From Blastocatellia bacterium (GTDB taxonomy: Bacteria > Acidobacteriota > Blastocatellia > RBC074): a stretch of DNA of 49,522 bases. The stretch's first letter is position 1, and every line of letters begins with the position of its first letter. The translations under genes were made by a program, and so were the position numbers. The DNA is taken from NCBI GenBank assembly GCA_035275805.1, contig DATEMG010000417.1, positions 1 to 49,522 on the forward strand, in the 5' to 3' direction. Below, piece by piece: positions 8,538 through 16,997 of the stretch. The notes under the pieces were generated by a model. That model searched no databases and had not been told where the DNA came from. It saw only the letters and a program-made list of their open reading frames with translations.

Positions 8538-8991
8538 ATGACACGCCATTTCCTTTATCCCGGTGACAAATTGTCACGTCAATCGCCGTCGCCCAAATCG
8601 TTGGAGGCGCGTTGGCCTTGCAGAATCAGCGCGTTGTAGGAATGCGGAGATCTGGCGCCCGTTTTGCACATACGATTGGCGTCCTTGATCGACACTACGG
8701 GATAAGGATCGAAAGTTTTCAAACTGTTCCCACTATTGAAGTCGGATTGCTGGTCCGAACAACTCCGAATCAGAGGTGGCCTCAATAAAGACGCCGCCTC
8801 TGATTGGGGCTGACCAACAATCCATTGTGTAGCCTCATCCGTCCTTTCAAGTGGCAGTGTCTTTGGGGGACCTGTCGCTGATAGGCGCAGTCGATGCTCT
8901 TCAATCGAGGCCCGAAGGGCATCGGCTGTCCTGATGAAAGGAGCAAAAGGACACCGTCAAAAGCAACATCGAGTAGCCCCCCCCAGGAAGA

Positions 8992-9039
8992 GGGTGACAG
9001 GTTAAGGCGTGTACCTGTCACCCTCATTCTATTTATAAT
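8992..9039 (+). promoter_or_regulatory. Perfect 11-bp palindromic stem (GGGTGACAGGT-N10-ACCTGTCACCC) followed by a TATAAT hexamer
   Basis: Stem arms are 8992-9002 and 9013-9023. TATAAT at 9034-9039 lies 44 nt upstream of the kinase ATG. No good -35 hexamer is present at 17 nt spacing, because the palindrome occupies that position. Confidence 0.3.
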
Positions 9040-9082
9040 GATTTTCCGCTCTCCATATGTTAAAACGCCCCGTATCCCGGAA

Positions 9083-11542
9083 ATGAGACTCCTCATCGGT
9101 AATTCATTCCGCACAATCATATGGGCGATCGCCATCGTCGTCATTTCGACGCTTGCGGCGATAGTAGTGATATGGCGCGCGCCGGCTTTGAAACTGGCGG
9201 CGCGCGACGCGCTGGTCCGCGCCCGCGGCGCATCGAGCCCGCCGGATGAGGTCGTCATCTTGGCGATCGACGAGGCTAGCCTTAAACGATTTGGGCGGTT
9301 CCCCTGGCCGCGAAGCCTGATGGCGCAAGCCATTAACAAACTCTCCGACGCGCGTCCTAAAGTGATAGCGCTCAATGTGCTCTATACCGATCCGACGAAT
9401 GAATCCGACGACGCGGCGCTCGCGGAAGCCATCAAACGCGCGGGTAATGTCGTGGTCGCCGCCCAACTGGACAAAACGCAACAAGGCGACGCCAAATGGA
9501 CGCGTCCACTCCCAACGATTGAAAACGCGGCCGCTGCCACGGGGCACGGCAATGTGCCGACAGACTCCGATGGCGTGGCGCGATTTCTGACTCTGCGCAA
9601 AACCGATAACGAAGGGAATCCGTTCTGGGCAATTGCGGTCGAGGTGATACGCGTCGGCGACGGCTTGCGGCCGGATGATGCGCGTGACGTGCCCGACGCA
9701 GTGATGATCGGTTCTCGCGCCATTCCAATCGAAGCGGAGGCGGAGTCCGACGCTATCTCGACGGGCGATGCGGGAAGTTCCCCGCAAACGTACCGCGCCA
9801 GCCAAATGGCGATTGACTACATCGGGCCGGCGGGTTCATTCGCCGATCGGACGACGAGCATCGCCGATCTGATTGACGGCCGCGCCGGACCCGAAAAATT
9901 CAACGGCAAATACGTCCTGATAGGCTTGACGGCGGCGGCGATGGGCGACCGCGTGGCCTCGCCGTTCGCCGGCCGGAATGACGAGCTGACGCCGGGCGTC
10001 GAAGTTTTGGCCAACGCGATCACGACAATCCTGCGCTCGAGTTTTTACGGAGAGACGTCCGATTGGGTTTCGGCGCTGTGGGCGGCGATTATCGCGGCCA
10101 TCGTGGTCGGCGCGGTGCTCCTGGCGCAGGGCAAGCGCGAATCTATAAAGCAGATCGCCGCGCTCCTGGGAATAGCGGCGCTGACACTGGGCTTTTCATA
10201 TCTCGCTTTCGCTCGCTGGAATGTCGAGCCGCCATTAGTTTCGGCATTGGTCTCGCTCGTCTTCGCGTCGCCTCTGGCGCTGCTGCTGCGTTCGCTGATG
10301 GTCAGCGCGAGCCTGGACGACCGGATCGCGGAGATGACGAGGGAGAGCGCGCGCCTGTCGCCGTTCGCAATCGATAACAAGGCGGTCGCCGCGAAGCTGG
10401 CCTGGTGGCCGCGTGGGGCGTCGCGCAAGGCCCGCGCGCTAGGCGCGCTTCAAGAGCGGCTGCTCGCGCGGACGCAGTTCGTAGACCGGGCGCTTCAATC
10501 AGTCGAAGACGGCCTTCTGATCGCCGACGCCGCAGGGCGCATCGCTTTCGCCAACCCGCGCGCCGCCAGCATCCTCGGACTCGGCCAGCGCTCGCTGCTC
10601 GGCAGCAATTTGTTCGACCGCTTGAGTGAAATGGAGTACGGCGCGGACAGTCCCGCCGCCGACCGGGCCGGCGCCCTGTCGCGATTGCTCTACGATCGCG
10701 TCGCGATCGAACGGGAAATTGTTGTGGGGACGGCGGAGCCGCGATATTATACGCTGCGAATGGCGGCGGTCAGCGATGATTCGGGCGGGCTTGGCGCTCC
10801 GCTGGGCGTCGTCGCCACACTTTCTGATGTCACAAAACAGCGCGAGTTGCAGCGAATGCAGAACGACGTGATGCGCCTCGTGACGCACGAGATGAAGACG
10901 CCGTTGACCGCCATCAAGGGGATGAGCGAAGTGATGATTAAGTTCGACCCCGGCGCGGAGAAGCGGCGCGAGATGAACGCCGCGATCAACGAGGCGACCG
11001 AGCGGATGGCGCGGATGATTGACGATTATCTGGACCTGACGCGCCTTGAATCGGGCGCGCGAGAGACCCGACTGGCATGGCGCAAGGTCGAATCGCTGAT
11101 CGAACAGAATTTGCTGCTGCTCGATCCGGTCGCGGCCCGGCAGGGCATCACGCTCACCCGCAAGTTTGCGCCCGACTTGCCGCCGATTTTCGCCGACGCC
11201 GATCTGCTGACGCGCGCGCTGACGAACCTCGTCGCCAACGCGATCAAATACAGCCCCTCCGACACCGAGGTAGTGATCTCGGCCCAGGCCGGAGAAGACA
11301 ACCTGTTCATCACCGTCGCCGATCAAGGGTACGGAATTCCGCCGGAACACCTGGCGAGCATTTTCGAGAAATTCTTCCGCGTACCGCGCGTGGAAGACGC
11401 CGAGACGCCGGGAACAGGATTAGGGCTGGCGCTCGTCCGCGAGATAGCCGAATTGCACGGCGGGCGCGTTACGGTCGATAGCGAAGTCGGCGCTGGCTCG
11501 ATTTTTACTCTGCGATTGCCATTGAACCGGAAACCAATCTGA
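9083..11542 (+). CDS. CHASE2-domain sensor histidine kinase (CHASE2, 3 TM helices, PAS, HisKA, HATPase_c)
   Basis: The start is set at ATG 9083 (MRLLIGNSFRTIIWAIAIVVISTL). CHASE2 hallmarks: VVILAIDEASL..FGRFPWPR...IALNVLY. A hydrophobic block follows the extracytoplasmic domain. The PAS region reads LQSVEDGLLIADAAGRIAFANP. The H-box is VTHEMKTPLTAI. N/G boxes are NLVANAIKYSP and GTGLGLALV. Confidence 0.85.
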   Translation: MRLLIGNSFRTIIWAIAIVVISTLAAIVVIWRAPALKLAARDALVRARGASSPPDEVVILAIDEASLKRFGRFPWPRSLMAQAINKLSDARPKVIALNVLYTDPTNESDDAALAEAIKRAGNVVVAAQLDKTQQGDAKWTRPLPTIENAAAATGHGNVPTDSDGVARFLTLRKTDNEGNPFWAIAVEVIRVGDGLRPDDARDVPDAVMIGSRAIPIEAEAESDAISTGDAGSSPQTYRASQMAIDYIGPAGSFADRTTSIADLIDGRAGPEKFNGKYVLIGLTAAAMGDRVASPFAGRNDELTPGVEVLANAITTILRSSFYGETSDWVSALWAAIIAAIVVGAVLLAQGKRESIKQIAALLGIAALTLGFSYLAFARWNVEPPLVSALVSLVFASPLALLLRSLMVSASLDDRIAEMTRESARLSPFAIDNKAVAAKLAWWPRGASRKARALGALQERLLARTQFVDRALQSVEDGLLIADAAGRIAFANPRAASILGLGQRSLLGSNLFDRLSEMEYGADSPAADRAGALSRLLYDRVAIEREIVVGTAEPRYYTLRMAAVSDDSGGLGAPLGVVATLSDVTKQRELQRMQNDVMRLVTHEMKTPLTAIKGMSEVMIKFDPGAEKRREMNAAINEATERMARMIDDYLDLTRLESGARETRLAWRKVESLIEQNLLLLDPVAARQGITLTRKFAPDLPPIFADADLLTRALTNLVANAIKYSPSDTEVVISAQAGEDNLFITVADQGYGIPPEHLASIFEKFFRVPRVEDAETPGTGLGLALVREIAELHGGRVTVDSEVGAGSIFTLRLPLNRKPI

Positions 11543-11814
11543 ATCCAATTCACGTATTACTATTTAGCCAATAGTAGGATGGACTAAAATAGTTGTTAAA
11601 AAGCAAATGCGACAACAAGCGCGTAGCGATTCGCTGAATCGGTACGCCTTTCTCCGAAAGGTCGCGGTTCAACACATCGCGCCACGCTATAAACTAAGCG
11701 AGGTTGCGCTATTTTTTCAAAGGCCATTAGTCTGTCCCAGGTATTGTTGGCGGACAGACTTTAGTCTGTCCCACTTTAAAGGCGCCCCCATACACAAACG
11801 TTCTAACGCCACTA

Positions 11815-13272
11815 ATGACACAACCTCCCCAGATTTTGGTCGCCGACGACGATCGTCTGATTCGCCTGACCTTAGAGGCCGGATTGTCGCTGTACGGGTT
11901 TCGTGTCTCGCTCGCCAGGAGCGGGCGTGAAGCGCTCGACGCGGCCTTGGAAAAGAGGTTCGACGGTATCATCAGCGACGTTTATATGCCGGACGGCGAC
12001 GGGTTGATGGTGCTGCGCGAACTGCGCACTTCACAACCGGAGACGCCGATCATCCTGATGACCGCCGTTGGATCGGTCAATCTGGCGGTGCGCGCGATCG
12101 AAGAGGGCGCGACCGATTTCATTGCCAAGCCGTTCGAGGTCGAAGCCCTGGCCGATCTGTTACGCCGGCATTTGAAAGCCCGCGTCGATACCGGCGCGCG
12201 CCCTCATTCTCCACCGACGGAAGATGACGGCGCCTCGCAGCCGGAGGACTGGTTTCCCACAGTAAATGAGGAGGGTTTTTCGGGATTAATTGGACGCAGC
12301 CCCGCGATGGTCAAGACCTATAAACTGATCGCGCATGCGGCGCGGATGGACGCCACCGTCCTCATCACCGGCGAATCCGGCGCCGGAAAGGAGTTGGCGG
12401 CCCGCGCCATTCATGACTTCAGCGTGCGGCGCGACAAGGCTTTCATAGCGATCAACTGTTCGGGGCTTACAGACACGCTGCTGGAGGCGGAGCTGTTCGG
12501 ACACTCGAAAGGCGCGTTCACAGGCGCGGTCACGGAGCGCGCAGGTCTCTTCGAGGCCGCTGACGGCGGGACGCTGTTCCTGGACGAACTGGCTTCGACG
12601 AGCGCGGCGTTTCAGGCCAGCCTGCTGCGCGTGTTGCAGTCGGGCGAGGTGCGGCGCGTCGGCTCCACGCAAATCCGGCGCGTGAACGTCCGCGTCATCG
12701 GCGCGACCAACATGCCGCTGCGCGAGCTGGCCGAGCGGGGGGGCTTCCGCTCCGACCTCTATTACCGCTTGAGCGTCCTGACCGTCGACATGCCGCCGCT
12801 CAGAGAGCGGATGGGGGATGTGGAACTGCTCGCCCAACATTTCCTTCGGAAGCTGGGCGGCGGGACTGCCCCCTCCCAGATGACACGTGAAGCCCTCGAA
12901 GCCCTTCGCCACTATCACTTTCCCGGCAACGTCCGCGAATTGGAAAATGCGCTGACCCGGGCTGTCGCCCTTGCGACAAACGGCCCGATCACGCTAGATT
13001 GTTTGCCGCCGCATATTGCTGAAATCAATGAAAAACAGGCCCCCTCGACCGACGACCCGATGCGGAACCTAGCGAGCGACTGGCCTTCCCTGGACGAGTT
13101 ACAGCGCCGCTACCTTGCGATAGCGCTAGAGAAGAATCACGGCAACCGCCAACGCACAGCCGATATGCTCGGAATCACTCGACGCACGATTCAACGTCTG
13201 ATCGCGCGATACAATCTGAACGCGTTGAACGAAGCGGAAAGCCTTGATGGCTATGATGCCTTTGAAGAATGA
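11815..13272 (+). CDS. Sigma-54-dependent response regulator (NtrC family: REC, AAA+ activator domain, Fis-type HTH)
   Basis: REC: ILVADDD...DVYMPDGDG. Walker A: GESGAGKE. The GAFTGA loop is intact ([10 protein letters not shown]). The C-terminal HTH reads [20 protein letters not shown]. Confidence 0.9.
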   Translation: MTQPPQILVADDDRLIRLTLEAGLSLYGFRVSLARSGREALDAALEKRFDGIISDVYMPDGDGLMVLRELRTSQPETPIILMTAVGSVNLAVRAIEEGATDFIAKPFEVEALADLLRRHLKARVDTGARPHSPPTEDDGASQPEDWFPTVNEEGFSGLIGRSPAMVKTYKLIAHAARMDATVLITGESGAGKELAARAIHDFSVRRDKAFIAINCSGLTDTLLEAELFGHSKGAFTGAVTERAGLFEAADGGTLFLDELASTSAAFQASLLRVLQSGEVRRVGSTQIRRVNVRVIGATNMPLRELAERGGFRSDLYYRLSVLTVDMPPLRERMGDVELLAQHFLRKLGGGTAPSQMTREALEALRHYHFPGNVRELENALTRAVALATNGPITLDCLPPHIAEINEKQAPSTDDPMRNLASDWPSLDELQRRYLAIALEKNHGNRQRTADMLGITRRTIQRLIARYNLNALNEAESLDGYDAFEE

Positions 13273-13281
13273 AAGTTGGCT

Positions 13282-13311
13282 GTGGGCAGTTTCGATCCCC
13301 ACACTGCCCAC
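13282..13311 (+). terminator. Hairpin GTGGGCAGT-N12-ACTGCCCAC downstream of the response regulator gene
   Basis: 9-bp stem, 10 nt after the stop codon. There is no immediate U-run, so terminator function is uncertain. Confidence 0.3.
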
Positions 13312-13348
13312 GGCCCACTGCTACTTTTCGTCTGAAGGACTGTGAGAG

Positions 13349-16300
13349 ATGATTTTGCGTATAGATTCCATATCGCTCCGGCGCGGGATTCGCTGGTCGT
13401 GTCTCCTGTTCCTCCTAGCCGCTTCAATTCAATGTTTGGGCGCGACAGCGCTGGCGCAGGCCGTGGATGCGCGCGTCGCGAGCGTCAAGGGGACGGCCCT
13501 GCGACGCAACAATCAACGCTCCTTCATCCTCGCCCGCGGGGACTCGCTGAACCCCGGCGACGAGGTCGACACGCGCGGCGGCGGGCGTGTGGTCATCGAG
13601 CTGACCGACGGCAGCGTGGTCATCGTCCATCCGAATTCGCGAATCGTCATTAGCAATTTCCGCGCCGCCGCGTCGATGCGCGAGATGTTTCGGATCCTCA
13701 TAGGGCGCGTTCGCATCAAGGTCGCCCATTACGGCGGGAAACCGAATCCCTACCGGGTCAACAGCCCGACGGCGTCGATTCTGGTGCGCGGCACTGAGTT
13801 CAGCGTAGCCGTCGAGCCTTCCGGCGACACCAGGGTGGAAGTTTACGAGGGCCTGGTCGAGGTGCAGAGCCTCAGCGATTCGAGCCGCCGCGCTTTCCTT
13901 TCCAAAGGACAAGGCGCGCTGTTGAAGCCGAATGAAGACATCCGCTTCTACACTCCCGGCCAGGGGAACAGGACCGAGGAACGCGACGGCAGGAACGACC
14001 GCGGTGACGGCTCAAACGACGGCGATGGCGGCTCAGACGACGGCGCCGACGACAGAGACGACAAGGCAAGCCTTAATGCCAAGACGAACTCTAATTCCGG
14101 CGCCTCTCTCAACGCCAACACCAGCCTTAATACCAAGACGAACGTCAACGCTGGCAATAATGCCGACGACGGAGACGACATCGCCCGTCTTAATGTCAAG
14201 ACCGCCAAGACGAACGCCAACACCGGCGGCAATGCCAACACGAACGCCAACGCCGGCCATAATGCCGACACGGACGACAACGTCGGCGTGAATGCCAAGG
14301 CGGCCAAGACGAACGCCAACGCCGGCGCCAATGCCAAGACGAACGTCAACACGAACGCCAGCGCCGCCATGAAGGACAATGGCGGCGTGAATGCCAAGTC
14401 GAAGGACAACGGCGGCGTGAATGTCAAGGCGAACGCTAACGCCACCGAGAACGCCAACGCCGGCGTCAGCGCCAAGACTAAGGACAACGGCGGCGTTAAT
14501 GCCAAGACGAGCGCCAACGCCGTCACGAAGGACAATGGCGGCATTAATGCCAAGACGAACGCTAACTCCGCCGAGAAGGACAACGGGGGCGTTAATGCCA
14601 AGACTAAGGACAACGGCGGCGTTAATGCCAAGACAAACGCCAACGCCGGCGCCAGCGTCGCCGAGAAGGACAACGGCGGCGTGAATGCCAAGGCGAAGGA
14701 CAACGGCGGCGTGAATGCCAAGACGAACGCCAACGCCGGCGCCAGCGCCGCCGAGAAGGACAACGGTGGCGTAAATGCCAAAGCGAAGGACAACGGCGGC
14801 GTTAATGCCAAGACGAACGCCAACGCCGGCGTCGGCTCCGCCACGAACGCCAACGCCGGCCTTACTACCGCCACGAACGACGTCGGCCTTACTACCGCCA
14901 CGAACGACAACGTCGGCGCCGGCGTTGCCGGGAACGCCAACGCTGGCGCCAATGCCAGCCCTAACGCCAACGCCAAGCGCAATGACGTTGGTGGCGGAGC
15001 CGGGGCGGCTGGGAAGTCCGCCGCGCGTCGCCCTGACGGCAGTAGGATGGGAAGAGAGAGAGAGACGTCTGTAGAAGCGGCGGGAAAATCGGCGGCGCGC
15101 CCCTCTGGCCATGATAACCCGACTCGCGACGACGTGGCCGCCGATGCGACTACGAGCGCCAGGACATTACTGACCAATAACTCCGAAAGATATGTTGACA
15201 GCCTGGCTATGCGGGGCTGGTCGCTTCCGCTTCAGCGCTTCGCCGCATTTGCAGACTCCCATTTCGACAGCCTCGATAACCCGGCCTATTCGACCGAATT
15301 CGCTTCGATCGAAGGAAGAGCCTGGCTGATCCCATTTTTTAACAAATCGCGGAGCAGCGATTTGCAAAGCGGCTCCGCCGGTTTCCCCTTATCTGGCAAT
15401 CCTATAGGCCCATTCGATTCTGGCCTCCTGGCGCAGGCCGATTTCTTCATCCCGTTGGAGAAAGTACGCATGGTGATTGGCGGAGCGGTCGCCATCTCCA
15501 GCGACCGGTCTCAATCTTTAACCGTGGACCAGGCGTCCGCCTCACTGATCGGCCTCCTTCCTGGAGGCGGCCAGGTCTCTCGCAACATCGCCGTCTCGAC
15601 CGAGACAACTTCGATCACGGGTTCGCTGATGGCGGCGCGGCGCTTCGGCGATGACGGCCGCACGAGCGTCGGCGCCGGAGTGGAGTGGGTCAGCAGCGGC
15701 GACGACTTGCGCGGTCAGGTCGCGCTGGTGGACGGCGCCCGAGCGCTCGCTATCGAAGGTCTCGAAGCGGAGGCTCAAATAAGACGGCTCCGCTTCCGGC
15801 TCGGGATTACGCGCGCATTAGGCCGCGGCCACAAACTCGGTCTGGTTTATAGCCACGAGTTGGCGACCGCCGACGATGGCGACCGTTCGCGATTCTTCAC
15901 AGGCGGGCCGCTCGGCCTCGATTCGACGCGCCAGGAGGGACGGTCGTCGTCGGTCTCCATCAGATTACGCGGGCTGCTCACTCGGCGCCTGTTTTACGGC
16001 CTCCAAGGCTCCTTGCTCTGGGGCGAGAGCGATGGACAGATTCGTCGCTCGGCCGTCACGGACTCGACCACGCGGGCCGATGTGAATAGCGCCGCCCTCG
16101 GCTTCGGTGTGGGATTCGCTTTGCGGCGGGCGACGGTCTTGAGCTCGGACTTCGCCTTCGGCCTCTCGGGCATACACGAGGAACGGCTGGAAGACGCGAC
16201 CGGGAATCTGGTTGAGGGCAGGCGAGAGCGCGGGCGCTTCGTATCCGGGCGCGTGGGGTTACAAACAGACGTCTGGCGCAGCATGTTCTTCAGCGCGTCG

Positions 16301-16558
16301 ACGCTGGTTTTCAGGCGGGCGGACACGACCGACCTCGACCTCCGTCCCGATCTTTTCGGCCGGCGATTGACAAGTCTCGGCCTGGTCGAATTGAGTGGAC
16401 GCTCGCGCCGGAACTCGACGAGCATATTCTCGGACTTCGGCTCCGGCTGGCGTTTCAACCGGAATATGTTGGCCGAGTATATTTTCTCGATCAATAACGG
16501 TCTGGGGCCGACGCGACATGTTTTCCTATTGCGCTACACTTTCAAACGCGAGGATTGA
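13349..16558 (+). CDS. Exported FecR-domain protein with a long low-complexity repeat linker and a beta-barrel-like C-terminal domain
   Basis: 1069 aa. Signal peptide: LLFLLAASIQCLGATALAQA. FecR-like beta-sandwich block: GDEVDTRGGGRVVIELTDGSVVIVHPNSRIVI...ILVRGTEFSVAV...VEVYEGLVEV. About 350 aa of N/A/G/K/D repeats follow (KDNGGVNAKTNANAG...). The last ~470 aa show alternating hydrophobic strands and end in ...HVFLLRYTFKRED. Confidence 0.8.
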   Translation: MILRIDSISLRRGIRWSCLLFLLAASIQCLGATALAQAVDARVASVKGTALRRNNQRSFILARGDSLNPGDEVDTRGGGRVVIELTDGSVVIVHPNSRIVISNFRAAASMREMFRILIGRVRIKVAHYGGKPNPYRVNSPTASILVRGTEFSVAVEPSGDTRVEVYEGLVEVQSLSDSSRRAFLSKGQGALLKPNEDIRFYTPGQGNRTEERDGRNDRGDGSNDGDGGSDDGADDRDDKASLNAKTNSNSGASLNANTSLNTKTNVNAGNNADDGDDIARLNVKTAKTNANTGGNANTNANAGHNADTDDNVGVNAKAAKTNANAGANAKTNVNTNASAAMKDNGGVNAKSKDNGGVNVKANANATENANAGVSAKTKDNGGVNAKTSANAVTKDNGGINAKTNANSAEKDNGGVNAKTKDNGGVNAKTNANAGASVAEKDNGGVNAKAKDNGGVNAKTNANAGASAAEKDNGGVNAKAKDNGGVNAKTNANAGVGSATNANAGLTTATNDVGLTTATNDNVGAGVAGNANAGANASPNANAKRNDVGGGAGAAGKSAARRPDGSRMGRERETSVEAAGKSAARPSGHDNPTRDDVAADATTSARTLLTNNSERYVDSLAMRGWSLPLQRFAAFADSHFDSLDNPAYSTEFASIEGRAWLIPFFNKSRSSDLQSGSAGFPLSGNPIGPFDSGLLAQADFFIPLEKVRMVIGGAVAISSDRSQSLTVDQASASLIGLLPGGGQVSRNIAVSTETTSITGSLMAARRFGDDGRTSVGAGVEWVSSGDDLRGQVALVDGARALAIEGLEAEAQIRRLRFRLGITRALGRGHKLGLVYSHELATADDGDRSRFFTGGPLGLDSTRQEGRSSSVSIRLRGLLTRRLFYGLQGSLLWGESDGQIRRSAVTDSTTRADVNSAALGFGVGFALRRATVLSSDFAFGLSGIHEERLEDATGNLVEGRRERGRFVSGRVGLQTDVWRSMFFSASTLVFRRADTTDLDLRPDLFGRRLTSLGLVELSGRSRRNSTSIFSDFGSGWRFNRNMLAEYIFSINNGLGPTRHVFLLRYTFKRED
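14570..14839 (+). repeat. 3 x 90-nt near-identical in-frame tandem repeat inside the FecR-domain gene
   Basis: Units start at 14570, 14660 and 14750. Each encodes AEKDNGGVNAK[T/A]KDNGGVNAKTNANAG(ASx). More degenerate copies extend across roughly 13964-15029. Confidence 0.85.
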
Positions 16559-16689
16559 GACGCGAAACCGCGCAGCGGCGGCACGCGATACCACCTCTTA
16601 AAGGTTTAAGCGCGAGGAAGATGTGGCATATCCCGGAATCACGAAAATCGAAAATTTGCAGTAACTTGGCGATTTTATTTTTTTACAGA

Positions 16690-16719
16690 TTGACTTCGGG
16701 CGGCTTCATTGTGTTTAAT
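16690..16719 (+). promoter_or_regulatory. Sigma70-like promoter candidate (TTGACT-N18-TTTAAT)
   Basis: TTGACT is at 16690-16695 and TTTAAT at 16714-16719. The site lies in the AT-richer 430-bp gap upstream of the coiled-coil gene. This is a by-eye match only. Confidence 0.25.
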
Positions 16720-16997
16720 GATCCCATCAAGTGGTGGTATTTTCTAGCGGGATCTTTGCGATGGCTTTTCAGCCGGTAACTTTGTCTTGGACGCGTGTGC
16801 GCTCCAGGACCTGAGAAGATCGTCGCATGGCGCTTGAGTGGGTGCTGCGCCATATTCATCGCGGGAAATCAAAAAACGCTGTTCATATTCACCAAGCCCC
16901 GTATCCCTCACAATTTGTGTCCCTCTGATATTTCGCCCATTTTTCATGGGAATACATATACGGAATACTGATCGCGAAAGCGTTTGGGCTATTGCTT

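Noticed and set aside
8852-8868. Sigma54-like promoter TGGCAG-N5-TTGGGG upstream of the CHASE2 kinase.
   Set aside because: The critical -12 GC dinucleotide is GG. I also found no convincing GG-N10-GC match by eye upstream of 13349, 16998, 19977 or 21308, so no sigma54 promoter is claimed. A PWM scan is needed.
8579-9375. ORFs 8579..8785 - (68 aa) and 8782..9375 - (197 aa) in the divergent region upstream of the kinase.
   Set aside because: They have no recognisable motifs. The 197-aa ORF overlaps the kinase 5' end antisense. The 68-aa ORF has no RBS, and its start overlaps a hairpin (8769-8806). I treat the region as non-coding and regulatory.
16555-16991. Small ORFs in the gap after the FecR gene (16555..16779 +, 16744..16947 -, 16889..17134 -).
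   Set aside because: They are in an AT-richer intergenic region, have no motifs, overlap each other and have no RBS. The region more likely carries the promoter for the coiled-coil gene.
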